From Terriglobia bacterium (GTDB taxonomy: Bacteria > Acidobacteriota > Terriglobia > 2-12-FULL-54-10): a stretch of 64,000 bases of DNA. Positions 41,568 to 50,957 of this stretch are shown here, piece after piece. The translations under genes were made by a program, and so were the position numbers. Position 1 is the first letter of the stretch; each line of letters begins with the position of its first letter. Below the pieces are notes generated by a model. That model was not told the origin of the DNA and did no database searches. It worked only from the letters and a program-made list of their open reading frames with translations. The stretch lies in assembly GCA_963666975.2 (NCBI GenBank), contig CAXVYR010000003.1, positions 1 to 64,000 on the forward strand. The letters run 5' to 3'.

Positions 41568-42164
41568 GACGCCAAAGATTCGCCGAACCACTTGCCGATA
41601 GAACTTGAATCCGTCCGTAGTGATCAGGGGGAGATGACTTCCCGCAGACCGAGCGCAAAGCTCTCGAAACAAGGTGAGCGTGTTGCGATAGCTGCGTCTG
41701 CCGACAACTGTCGCAGGCCAGAGGCGCGACCAGACTTCAATACCAGCGAAGATCCAGACAGGCGGATGCCCATGGCCACCAACCATAGCTCGGATCTCGT
41801 CCACCTGCAGTTCGCGGATTGGGATCTTCGTGATTTTCTGTTGGTTGAATCGGCGACCGGTGGCGGCGGCTTTCTCCAGCCAGCGATCCACCGTGTTCCA
41901 GGCAATCTGCTGGACTCGGGCAATCGCGGATTTATTCACGCCCTCGGCGCTGAGAGCGGCGACTTCATCGAAGGTAGCTCGGCGATGTTGGAGGCGGTGA
42001 TAGACAGTGCCCCGGTTCCGGCAGAACGTCCTGCGGCACATCTTGCATCGGAACCGACGGCGTTTGCCCCAGCGGGTTGGGTAGAAACCAAAACGAACGA
42101 TCATTCCCCAAGAGGGTTTTGCTCGCAGCGGACACTGGGCATTTCGACAGCGGAGACTCTTCAT
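41568..42164 (-). pseudogene. IS1-like transposase, truncated by the IS21 end
   Basis: Zn ribbon (CRNAQC..CKMC), HTH, LQVDEI and ITTDG. Confidence 0.65.
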
Positions 42165-42240
42165 GGCGTTTGGACCAGCGTTCGTCAGTCAGATCTGCAT
42201 TTCGTGACTCTCATGGCGTTTGGACCCGTTCGTCAATCTG
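42155..42240. repeat. Imperfect ~35-bp direct repeat GACTC(T)TCATGGCGTTTGGACC..CGTTCGTCA
   Basis: Copies start at 42155 and 42206; the first overlaps the IS1-like start codon. Confidence 0.6.
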
Positions 42241-42476
42241 GTGATGGGTCTTAAACCATATCACATGAACGGATTACAAGCGCCCCATCAACAATTGTTT
42301 GCGGAAGCACCTGCCCAAAACTCACTCTGACCCTGGTACAAAAATCCAGGACCTCTCAGATGTAAACTCTTCTACCTGTGGTACAAAAGATCGGCCTAGT
42401 CAATTGAGTTGCACGACGTCTGCTTTAGGAAACATTACTGGAAACGCTTCCTCGCGGTGAGAAGGAGAACTATCAC

Positions 42477-43439
42477 TTACGATTTTGCGTATAGATGAGC
42501 GACAAAGGAGTTATAGCCGTTGTACAGTCGTGTAGGCCGGACCTCCCTTGTGTCGATGATTGTCTCTTTTTCCTGCGACCATTCGGGATGCGGTACCGCG
42601 GGATTCACGTTGGCAAACCAATCGTTTCCCACAGGTGCAAAATCGTTCCAGAAAGTTCCTGGCTTTCTGGAGGTAAACTCGATCTTGACGATTGACTTGA
42701 TGCTCTTGAAGCCATACTTCCAGGGCACCACCAAGCGAATGGGGGCGCCATTCTGCTTAGGAAGCTCATGGCCATATATCCCGGTCACCAGGAAAGATAA
42801 CTCATTCATGGCCTCTGCCATCGTCAAAGCTTCATAGTAAGGCCAGGGGTACCATGTTCTCCCAGAAAAAAGAGGGTTGCTTCTGTTCTGCTCCTTTTGG
42901 TTGGGGGCCTGACTCGGCCGGAAAAAGGTCTCCATCCGGACGTACTTCGCATCCGACTTGGGTTCAACCCGGTCGATGAGGGCCTTCAGGGGAAAGCCGG
43001 TCCACGGGACAGCCATCGACCAAGCCTCCACGCAACGATGGCGATAGAGCCGTTCTTCGAGCGGAATCTGACGGATGAGCTGAGACACATCCAGAGTTTG
43101 CTCCTTTTGGACTTTGCCGGTAATTTTGATCGTCCAGGGCTCTGTCCGGAAACGATCTATCAGCTTCCAAACGTCTTTCTCCTCGGTGAACTCATAAAAG
43201 TTGTTGTAGTGGGCAGTATGCCATTCGGTGGTGATCGGGCGGTCGAGTTTGTACCTAGGGTTCCTTTGCGCTGGGTAGAGGCCGTCGGCTGCTGTCGAAA
43301 AGCGAGGAAGGATTCCGGTGGCTCCAATCGCGGTTATTCCCATCGCCGCCAGAAACTTTCGCCGGTTCAGGAAAATGTGCTCTGGGGTGGCTTCCCGCTC
43401 TGGAATTTCCCAACCTTTGGGGATCTTAAGATAAGCCAC
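42477..43439 (-). CDS. msrP: Protein-methionine-sulfoxide reductase catalytic subunit (YedY)
   Basis: Tat motif NRRKFL; YNNFYEF, RHRCVEAWSM, QNGAPIRLVVPWKYGFKSIK. Confidence 0.93.
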   Translation of the reverse strand: MAYLKIPKGWEIPEREATPEHIFLNRRKFLAAMGITAIGATGILPRFSTAADGLYPAQRNPRYKLDRPITTEWHTAHYNNFYEFTEEKDVWKLIDRFRTEPWTIKITGKVQKEQTLDVSQLIRQIPLEERLYRHRCVEAWSMAVPWTGFPLKALIDRVEPKSDAKYVRMETFFRPSQAPNQKEQNRSNPLFSGRTWYPWPYYEALTMAEAMNELSFLVTGIYGHELPKQNGAPIRLVVPWKYGFKSIKSIVKIEFTSRKPGTFWNDFAPVGNDWFANVNPAVPHPEWSQEKETIIDTREVRPTRLYNGYNSFVAHLYAKS

Positions 43440-43604
43440 AACCCATCCTCTGCCCTCAAGTATTAGGCCAAGTTGGTGACTTTTGCAACTAAAAAAGATC
43501 GCCAAATGGGCGAGGCTTTTGAAGGTTATATCTGGCTACAACGGGAGCTTTCCACTTGAAGGATCGTTTGTTGCCTGCTATTTTGCAAGAGAAGGAGAGT
43601 TTTC

Positions 43605-44285
43605 ATGTCGAGCACAAATACCTGGCGAACGGTTTGGCTGGCTAGCTTGGCGGTATTGCTCGTTCCCGTTGTAGAGGCACCAGCCTTTCAACTGGGAGCG
43701 CAACCAGTCCAAGAGATGATTGAGCGTGCAGAACGGCTGGAGCGGACCGTCGAGTTTCAGACGGAGGTCGAACTGGTAATCGCGTATCTACAGTTGAAAC
43801 CGGGAGACAAAGTTGCGGATATTGGAGCAGGCGCTGGTGCTTTTTCTTGGCCGCTGGCCCGGGCTGTTGCCCCCACCGGCAAACTTCTGGCCGTCGATAT
43901 CGATTCAGGCCTTCTCGATTACATTGATCGGCGGGCGAAGCGGGAGAAGATAGAAAACATCCAAACAGTCCTCGGCACATTCGACGATCCTAATTTGCCG
44001 ACCCGCCAAGTGGATCTGGCCTTTTTCCACGATGTATTGCACCACATCGAACACCGTGAAGCCTATCTGAAGGCGCTTTCCTCCTATTTGAAACCCAACG
44101 GGCGCATTGCGCTGATCGAGTTGAACCAGAAGGATCCGCAGACTCCTCATCGGGGTCAACCCGAATTGTTGATCAGCAAGGACGAAGTGAAGCAGTGGAT
44201 GGCGGCGGCCGGCTTCCGCCCTGTGAGAGAAATCAACATGTATGGAATGAAGGACAAGTGGTTCATCATATATGTTCGCCGCTGA
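43605..44285 (+). CDS. Class I SAM-dependent methyltransferase with signal peptide
   Basis: VADIGAGAG, LAVDI, DVLHHI, LKPNGRI; hydrophobic N-terminus. Confidence 0.85.
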   Translation: MSSTNTWRTVWLASLAVLLVPVVEAPAFQLGAQPVQEMIERAERLERTVEFQTEVELVIAYLQLKPGDKVADIGAGAGAFSWPLARAVAPTGKLLAVDIDSGLLDYIDRRAKREKIENIQTVLGTFDDPNLPTRQVDLAFFHDVLHHIEHREAYLKALSSYLKPNGRIALIELNQKDPQTPHRGQPELLISKDEVKQWMAAAGFRPVREINMYGMKDKWFIIYVRR

Positions 44286-44497
44286 CACACGGATAGGCTG
44301 CTTTCCTGCTCCGCCAATAAGCTAGGCTTTCCATGTGTGACAGGTGGATCAACTGCCGCCCTGCTTCCGCTCCTTTCCAGTGGTCTTGGTCCACTGCCTG
44401 CAACATCTTCAGCCACTTCCGTGCGTTTCTCTCCTGTCGGTTCCGATGAAGCAGGACATTTCAACTTGGAATAACCTAATTCAGCCAAAAAAAGTCC

Positions 44498-45911
44498 TGT
44501 TGTTAGTAAGTTAAAATGTCCGGTATTGGTAGCAAGTGAAATGTCCGGTTTCATGATCCGACCGAAAGTGGTTTGGCGCTGACCGAAGGAGCCCGTAGGG
44601 CGACTGAGGTTAGCGCCGCATGGTGTTGTCGGGAAGCCACAGGGCTCCGCCGCCGACCGCCGCACCGGACCGCTACCCCCTCGGAGGAGTACCGGCCCAC
44701 TGTGTGCGGTCCGTAGCCAACGCTGAGAGTATCATCGAGGTGTTCATAGACCGTCACCCGGCAGCCCGCCAGAGTTCCGCGCCAGGGAGTTTTCTCGATT
44801 TGGAGAATCCGATTCTCCAGGCTAACCGTATTGTCCTGATTCACCACCCGTTCGTGCTGGATCGAGAAGATTCGGTCTAACTCCCGTCTGGCTGACGGCA
44901 AAAAGGCGCTGCCCGGTTGGGTGGCCGGCACGGCAAAGCGCCGATTGAACTCCCCCATATAACTCTCCCGCAGGAACCGATTCGCTGCCTCGACCGTAGT
45001 GATCCCCCGCAGGCGCAGTTCCTGCGGCAGCCGCCCCTGCCAGGTCCCGAAGTTCCGCTCGCTCCGACCCCGCGCCTGCGGCGAATAGGCCGGGATCATC
45101 TGGATTCCCAGCTCCCGCAACGCTCGCCCCACCTGGGTGAGCCATTGCCGATCCACCGGCTCGCCCGCCTTCCGGGTCAGGAAGAAATGGCTGGCCCGGT
45201 CGCTGTACAGGGCGCAGAACAGACCCCATTGCTGCACCACCTCCCGTAAGGCCGCTAGCACGGTCCGCGTCGATTCCTGCTCTACCAGTTGCGCATAGTA
45301 AATCTCGCTGGTGGCATCATCCAGGACCACCAGCAGGTCATACCAGCGATCATCGCAGAACCAGCGATGGCGGCTCCCGTCCAGATGCAACAGCATCCCC
45401 GGCAACGACCGCCGAGGTCGTCGCTTCCGATGCTTCCCCCGCTTCCGCCGTTTCGCCACCAGCCCCGCCCCTTGCAAGGCCAGCTTCACCCAGGTGTAAC
45501 TGAGTCGCAGGCCGTGCTCCTCCCGCAGCTTCTCGTGAAAGTGCCGCACGTTGAAGTCAAAGTACTTCTCCCCATACAGCCCCAGCACCCGCTCCACCAC
45601 GGCCAGCGGCACCCGCCGGGGACTGGGTTTCCCCCGCCGCCGGTCATAGAGCCCGTCGTAGCCGTACTGCTCGTAACGCTCGCGCCACCGCCGCATCTGC
45701 CGGTCGCTGATCCCGATGATCTCGGCTGCCTGCCACCAACTGATCCGCTTCGCCATCGCTCGCAAAATTACTTCTTGTATCTTCATCGCCCGCTCCATCG
45801 CGGCTTCCGAGTAGAACTTCATGCCACCTCCTGGCAAAAAGCTCTACCCTACACCGCCCCAAGCGGACAGTTCACATGTTAATTAGACCGGACATATCAT
45901 GTGCTAACGCA
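44498..45911 (-). mobile_element. ISNCY / IS1202-group element with long target duplication
   Basis: Ends carry repeated ATGTCCGG units; flanked by AGCCAAAAAAAGTCC at 44483-44497 and 45912-45926. Confidence 0.85.
44551..45822 (-). CDS. ISNCY (IS1202-group) transposase
   Basis: HTH, LHLDGSRHRWF, LDDATS, LYSDR, SPQARGRSER, TWQGRL. Confidence 0.9.
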   Translation of the reverse strand: MKFYSEAAMERAMKIQEVILRAMAKRISWWQAAEIIGISDRQMRRWRERYEQYGYDGLYDRRRGKPSPRRVPLAVVERVLGLYGEKYFDFNVRHFHEKLREEHGLRLSYTWVKLALQGAGLVAKRRKRGKHRKRRPRRSLPGMLLHLDGSRHRWFCDDRWYDLLVVLDDATSEIYYAQLVEQESTRTVLAALREVVQQWGLFCALYSDRASHFFLTRKAGEPVDRQWLTQVGRALRELGIQMIPAYSPQARGRSERNFGTWQGRLPQELRLRGITTVEAANRFLRESYMGEFNRRFAVPATQPGSAFLPSARRELDRIFSIQHERVVNQDNTVSLENRILQIEKTPWRGTLAGCRVTVYEHLDDTLSVGYGPHTVGRYSSEGVAVRCGGRRRSPVASRQHHAALTSVALRAPSVSAKPLSVGS

Positions 45912-45955
45912 AGCCAAAAAAAGTCCTTGACAGACCTTTGCAGCAAGTATAGAAG
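45912..45955 (+). promoter_or_regulatory. Possible promoter of the receptor operon
   Basis: A-tract then consensus TTGACA (45927-45932); the -10 element is weak. Confidence 0.35.
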
Positions 45956-46094
45956 AGTTACTAGATACGCAATTTTCAAGAAAGTTTAGTTGCTGATGGG
46001 GGTAAATGCAGATTAAGCCCTTACCAATATTAAAGCTAAGACGAAATCAGTAGTTGGCTTTCCTGCCAACTCTATTATATGAGGAGGATGAACG

Positions 46095-49000
46095 ATGGGC
46101 TGCAATCAAGGATTTTTCCAAGGGTGGAGAGTTCTCAGGTTGCCGGAAGGTAAAACGGCCTCAGGAGCGGCGTTGAGAGGATCTTGTTTAGGGGCTTTGC
46201 TGGGCGTTCTGTTGTTTGCGATGGCACCCCTCGTTTGGGGGCAACTGGCGACCGGCTCTATTTCCGGCACGGTGGAGGACCCCACGGGGGCGGTCACGCC
46301 CGGGGTGCAGATCACGGTCCGCAACGTGGAAACCGGGATTACCCGGACGGTCGAGACCGGGCCGGCCGGCCGCTATCTGGTCACGAACCTGGCTCCTGGC
46401 AGTTATGCGGTAGAAGCGCAACTGACCGGCTTCCAGACCGAGGTGCGCCAAGGAATCACCCTCACAATAGGCCGGGAAGCCGTGATCGATCTCACCCTGA
46501 GCGTGGGACAGGTGCAAGAGCAGGTGGTGGTGACGGCGGAGGCCCCCTTGGTGGATACCACCAGCTCGGCCGTGTCGGGCCTGGTGGATCAGCAGCAAGT
46601 CCAGGGCTTGCCGCTGAACGGGCGCAGCCTGACGCAATTGACCACCTTGCAACCCGGGGTGCTTCTCTATCGGTCTAGGAGCACATGCACCGGCGTGGGA
46701 GAGAATATTATCATCAATGGAGCCCGTGCCCGGCAGATCAACTTTCTGTTGAACGGGACCAGTACCCTGAACTTTTTTGGCAAGTCCCCGGGCGGAATTT
46801 CGGGCCACCAGTTGGGCGTGGAAGGGGTCCGGGAGTTCACCGTGCTGAGCAGCAGCTACAGCGCTGAGTTCGGGCGCAGCGCCGGCGGGGTGGTCAACGC
46901 GGTTACCAAGTCGGGGACCAATACCCTGCATGGTTCTGTGTTTGATTACTTGCGGAACGACAATCTGGACGCGGCGCAGTGGGAGGACAACACGTTTAAC
47001 GACGGGGTCCAGCCGCCATTCGTGCGGAACCAGTTTGGGGCCAGCGTGGGCGGTCCCATCCGGCGCGACCAAACGTTTTTCTTCGCTACCGCGGAGTTTT
47101 TGCGGGAACGACTCGGCCAAACGTTGACTGACCGTTTCCCGACCGCGAACTCCCGGGCGGGCATTCTGCCGGACGGGAGCACCATCGAGGTGGCCGAGTC
47201 AATCAAACCGTATCTGGCTTTGCTACCGGTCCCGGACGATCGGTTTGATTTGGGCGATGGGTATGGGCGCCACGTAGCCTCCCTCACGCGGCCCACGGAT
47301 CAGAGCTATGTCAACTTCAGAATCGACCACCATTACTCCGATTCGCAATCCCTGTTTGGCAGCTATGTACTTGACGATTCGGACCGATTCTCGCCGCGCG
47401 CCGACGAACTCACGGCGCAATCGAATCCTTACCGCAATCAATACGCGACGCTGCAATGGGACAGCATCCTCTCCCCGACCATGCTCAACACGGCGCACGT
47501 TGGGTTCAATCGCTCCGAGGCCAATGACATCCCGACCTGTGAGGATTCTTTGCGGGCGCTCAACTTCATTCCCGGCACTGAGTTTTGTTCCCGCGGGGGG
47601 ATTACAGGCACGGGGGGCTTCTTCGGGCCCAGGGTTTTTATCCTCAACTCGTTCCAGTACTCCGATACGCTTTCCTGGACGCGAGGGATGCACTCCATCA
47701 AGCTCGGCGCTCGCTACGAACGCCATCAGGTCAACGGGACGGGTGGCATCTTTCCCGGCGGATGGATGGTCATGGCACCCGGTATTGAGAGGGAAATGAG
47801 GGGGCTGGTGAGCTTTTTTCAGGCTCCCCGGCCCGACGTGGATATAAATCGGGGGTTGAGGCAGAACTTCTATGCTTTCTTCGTGAACAACTCCATGCGG
47901 CTGATGCCCAATCTGACGGTGAACCTGGGCCTGCGTTACGAATTCATCACCCCCCCCACCGAGGTGAATGGGAAGTTGTCCAACCTGGACTCGGTGACTT
48001 CGCCGGAAGTGCGCATAGGAGAACCCTACTTCGAAAACCCGTCGCTGTGGAACTTCAGTCCTCGAGTGGGGATTGCGTGGGCTCCCGGAGGAAGCCAGAA
48101 CACCTCCGTTCGGGCCGGCTTTGGGATCTATTATGATCAACTGCTCCACCATACCTGGCTCGATGGACCCTTTCTGGCGCCCCCCTTCTATAGCGAAGCC
48201 CGTGTCTCTTCGGATCGCTCTTTTGCGCCTGGCAGCTTTCAGGTTCCCTTCCCCAACGCCTTCGATCTGTTTCTGGCGAACGACCCACGGGTAAGAACCG
48301 GGGGGTACCTGTTCTTCATTCAAGGGAATCCCCCACAGCCGTACACGCTCCAGTACAACTTCATGGTGCAACATCAACTGCCGGGACAATTGGTGGTGCA
48401 GGCAGCCTATGTGGGTACCGGGGGACGCAAATTGCCGCGCCTGATAGACAACACGGCTACTCCAACCACCCTCTCCGATGGCAGGCTCTTCTTTCCGGAA
48501 GATTCCGTCCGTCGGAACCCCAATTTTTCCGAGATACGCGCGAAGCAGTTTGATACGGTCAGCTCCTACAACGCGCTGCAGTTGGCGGCCCGGCGGCGGT
48601 TTGCGCGGGGGGCCGGCTTCCAGTTGTCTTACACCTGGTCCAAATCGATTGACATGATGTCGGATTTCCATGGCGCGGGCGATATCATTAACGATACGTT
48701 TTTCGGCACGTTGCCGGAATTGCCCGCATTCGACAAGGGGCGTTCGGCCTTTGATCGCCGGCATAATTTTGTCGGCAACTTTGCCGTGGACCTTCCGTTC
48801 GCGAGGAACCTGGAGGGGGCAGCGGCAAAACTGTTGGATGGTTGGCAGGTGCAGAGCATCCTGACGCTGCAAAGCGGCCTGTCGACGACGGCATTGCTTG
48901 ACACCAGGCGGCTTGGCTCGGGGTATACCCGCACCCGGTCCACCCGGGTTGGGGTGCGGCCGGACCTCGCCCCTGGGTTCACCGCTGAGAGTGTGGTGCT

Positions 49001-49355
49001 GGGAACGCCGAGCGAAAGCAACGATCCCCAGCATCGTTACCTGAACACCGCCGGGTTTGCCTTGCCTGCAGCAGGGTTCTTGGGGACTTTGGGACGCAAC
49101 ATCATCGATGGCCCGGGCCTCGCAACCTTTGACTTTTCCTTGATTAAGAGCACCGCGATCACGGAGAGGGTCAATCTGGAGTTTCGCACCGAGTTCTTCA
49201 ACCTGTTCAACCGGCCCAATTATTCTTCTCCCGCACAGACCGTGTTTAGAGGGGAACAAGACGGGACGGGCATACTGGACGGCAATTTCAGCACCATCAC
49301 CACTACCGTCAGCAGCGCCCGGCAAATCCAGTTGGCGCTGAAGCTCACGTTCTGA
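46095..49355 (+). CDS. TonB-dependent receptor (Oar-like)
   Basis: RBS GAGGAGG; LPLNGRS, SAEFGR, TKSGTN, RNQFGA; C-terminal RQIQLALKLTF. Confidence 0.92.
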   Translation: MGCNQGFFQGWRVLRLPEGKTASGAALRGSCLGALLGVLLFAMAPLVWGQLATGSISGTVEDPTGAVTPGVQITVRNVETGITRTVETGPAGRYLVTNLAPGSYAVEAQLTGFQTEVRQGITLTIGREAVIDLTLSVGQVQEQVVVTAEAPLVDTTSSAVSGLVDQQQVQGLPLNGRSLTQLTTLQPGVLLYRSRSTCTGVGENIIINGARARQINFLLNGTSTLNFFGKSPGGISGHQLGVEGVREFTVLSSSYSAEFGRSAGGVVNAVTKSGTNTLHGSVFDYLRNDNLDAAQWEDNTFNDGVQPPFVRNQFGASVGGPIRRDQTFFFATAEFLRERLGQTLTDRFPTANSRAGILPDGSTIEVAESIKPYLALLPVPDDRFDLGDGYGRHVASLTRPTDQSYVNFRIDHHYSDSQSLFGSYVLDDSDRFSPRADELTAQSNPYRNQYATLQWDSILSPTMLNTAHVGFNRSEANDIPTCEDSLRALNFIPGTEFCSRGGITGTGGFFGPRVFILNSFQYSDTLSWTRGMHSIKLGARYERHQVNGTGGIFPGGWMVMAPGIEREMRGLVSFFQAPRPDVDINRGLRQNFYAFFVNNSMRLMPNLTVNLGLRYEFITPPTEVNGKLSNLDSVTSPEVRIGEPYFENPSLWNFSPRVGIAWAPGGSQNTSVRAGFGIYYDQLLHHTWLDGPFLAPPFYSEARVSSDRSFAPGSFQVPFPNAFDLFLANDPRVRTGGYLFFIQGNPPQPYTLQYNFMVQHQLPGQLVVQAAYVGTGGRKLPRLIDNTATPTTLSDGRLFFPEDSVRRNPNFSEIRAKQFDTVSSYNALQLAARRRFARGAGFQLSYTWSKSIDMMSDFHGAGDIINDTFFGTLPELPAFDKGRSAFDRRHNFVGNFAVDLPFARNLEGAAAKLLDGWQVQSILTLQSGLSTTALLDTRRLGSGYTRTRSTRVGVRPDLAPGFTAESVVLGTPSESNDPQHRYLNTAGFALPAAGFLGTLGRNIIDGPGLATFDFSLIKSTAITERVNLEFRTEFFNLFNRPNYSSPAQTVFRGEQDGTGILDGNFSTITTTVSSARQIQLALKLTF

Positions 49356-49410
49356 GGGTGAGCCACCGATAACTTGACAGAATTTCAAAATCCAAGGGAG
49401 AGATCTTGCA

Positions 49411-50895
49411 ATGCGAGCCATGATTGTCTCCTCGGCATTGCCGGGGGTAGTTTTCGTTCTGTTGATTGCAGTTGCACAACCAACCTTGCAAGGGCAGCAG
49501 ATCACCTATAGGCCAGGGCAATATCCGGCACCCCGTTATCCCCAAGCACTCAAAAACCCCATGGTCGAGGATTTGATGCCTATCGCCCGGCAAATTGTGA
49601 AACGACCGGATAGCGGTCAGATGTTCTATCCCGGTTATGACATCAAACCGGGTGAAAGAGTTTTGATTGCCGTGGCACGGCATTTTAATCCCGTTGTTTT
49701 GGAAGCCATTACCCGCGCCATCCGGGAAGCGGGAGCCAAAGTGGATGTAATGATGGGCAGCGACGCCTATTTGCCCGGCGGGGATGGGGCCACCGAATGG
49801 GAGTACTTCACTTTCATGAAGGCTATCATGAGTGCGCAGGCAGGTGGTATCCCGCAAGAGACCATCATTGCCATGACTCTGGCGGGAAAATACGACCTGG
49901 CCATTTCGGGCATGGGAGGAGGGATTCCTCCCCATCCCCGCGATAAGATGCGCTGGGCTTATATTCCCTGGGATTTGGCGGATATGTTTTACGTTCACGG
50001 AGCTGGCATACCGGCTGACCTATTGAAGTTCATTGACAGCAAGGCCTGGGAATCCCTCTCCAGTGCTGTACAGATCCATGCGACGGATCCGGAAGGCACC
50101 GACATTACCTGGTCGCCGAAAGGCGCTGACTGGCAGGTTCCCGGAAGGCATAATCCCGGGCATCTGTCCTCTCATCCTGGGCGATCTGGAGCTACCGGTG
50201 TGCTGGCAGGCACCTGGAACCACGTAGGACCCTTTCCCCACATCCGCGTTTCCTTCAACAATGATCGCATGGAAGGCATCGAAGGTGGGGGAAGCTACGG
50301 GCAAAAGTGGCGGGCCATTCGGGGTGAGTGGAAAAACGTGAGTGTGCCTACCAAGCCAGGTGCGGGTCTCTTTACCTGGTTGCAGGAGGCCTCGGTCGGA
50401 ACAAACCCAAAATCTCTGCGACCGAAGGCCGCTTTGGACATTGCGATGGGAAACATCTGGGAGAGGACCCGTTCGGGAGTCATGCATTGGGGAATTGGCG
50501 GGGGACACAGCGAGGAAACCGGGATGGCTACGACATCAAACAACTTCGCACTGGCTAACCCAACCCTCGGGGATTCACCATTGACAGAATTCTACGAGGC
50601 ACACCCGGACACACCGACCGGCCACGTCCACATCCACAACTACTTCATCACCATGGAGCTCACCAATGCCGATGGGAGCAAGACTACCTTGATCCACAAG
50701 GGACGCCTCACCGCTCTGGATGATCCACAGGTGCGGCAGGAGGCAGCCAAGTATGGCGACCCGGATAAGCTCCTGCAAGAAAACTGGATTCCGGCTATTC
50801 CCGGCATTAACATACCGGGAGACTATCAGAAAGATTACGCTGGCGACCCGGCGGCATGGATCCGCAAGGACTTAGCGACTAACTGGAAATACTGA
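49411..50895 (+). CDS. Secreted M29-peptidase/NicX-like metalloprotein, subfamily A copy 1
   Basis: Signal peptide; TDPEGTDITW, IEGG, EASVGTNPK, ERTRSGVMHWGIG, GHVHIH. Confidence 0.6.
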   Translation: MRAMIVSSALPGVVFVLLIAVAQPTLQGQQITYRPGQYPAPRYPQALKNPMVEDLMPIARQIVKRPDSGQMFYPGYDIKPGERVLIAVARHFNPVVLEAITRAIREAGAKVDVMMGSDAYLPGGDGATEWEYFTFMKAIMSAQAGGIPQETIIAMTLAGKYDLAISGMGGGIPPHPRDKMRWAYIPWDLADMFYVHGAGIPADLLKFIDSKAWESLSSAVQIHATDPEGTDITWSPKGADWQVPGRHNPGHLSSHPGRSGATGVLAGTWNHVGPFPHIRVSFNNDRMEGIEGGGSYGQKWRAIRGEWKNVSVPTKPGAGLFTWLQEASVGTNPKSLRPKAALDIAMGNIWERTRSGVMHWGIGGGHSEETGMATTSNNFALANPTLGDSPLTEFYEAHPDTPTGHVHIHNYFITMELTNADGSKTTLIHKGRLTALDDPQVRQEAAKYGDPDKLLQENWIPAIPGINIPGDYQKDYAGDPAAWIRKDLATNWKY

Positions 50896-50957
50896 AGGCA
50901 GCAAGGCTTCGGGAAAGGGACCGTCAAGAAGAAGAAATGGAAAAAGGAGGAAAAGCC

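Noticed and set aside
41150-42240. CRISPR array
   Set aside because: The repeats occur only twice, belong to IS ends and lack regular spacers; no cas genes seen
47223-49505. 760-aa minus-strand ORF (also 51018-52256 and 58066-59178)
   Set aside because: Antisense shadows of real genes in GC-rich DNA; no recognisable motifs
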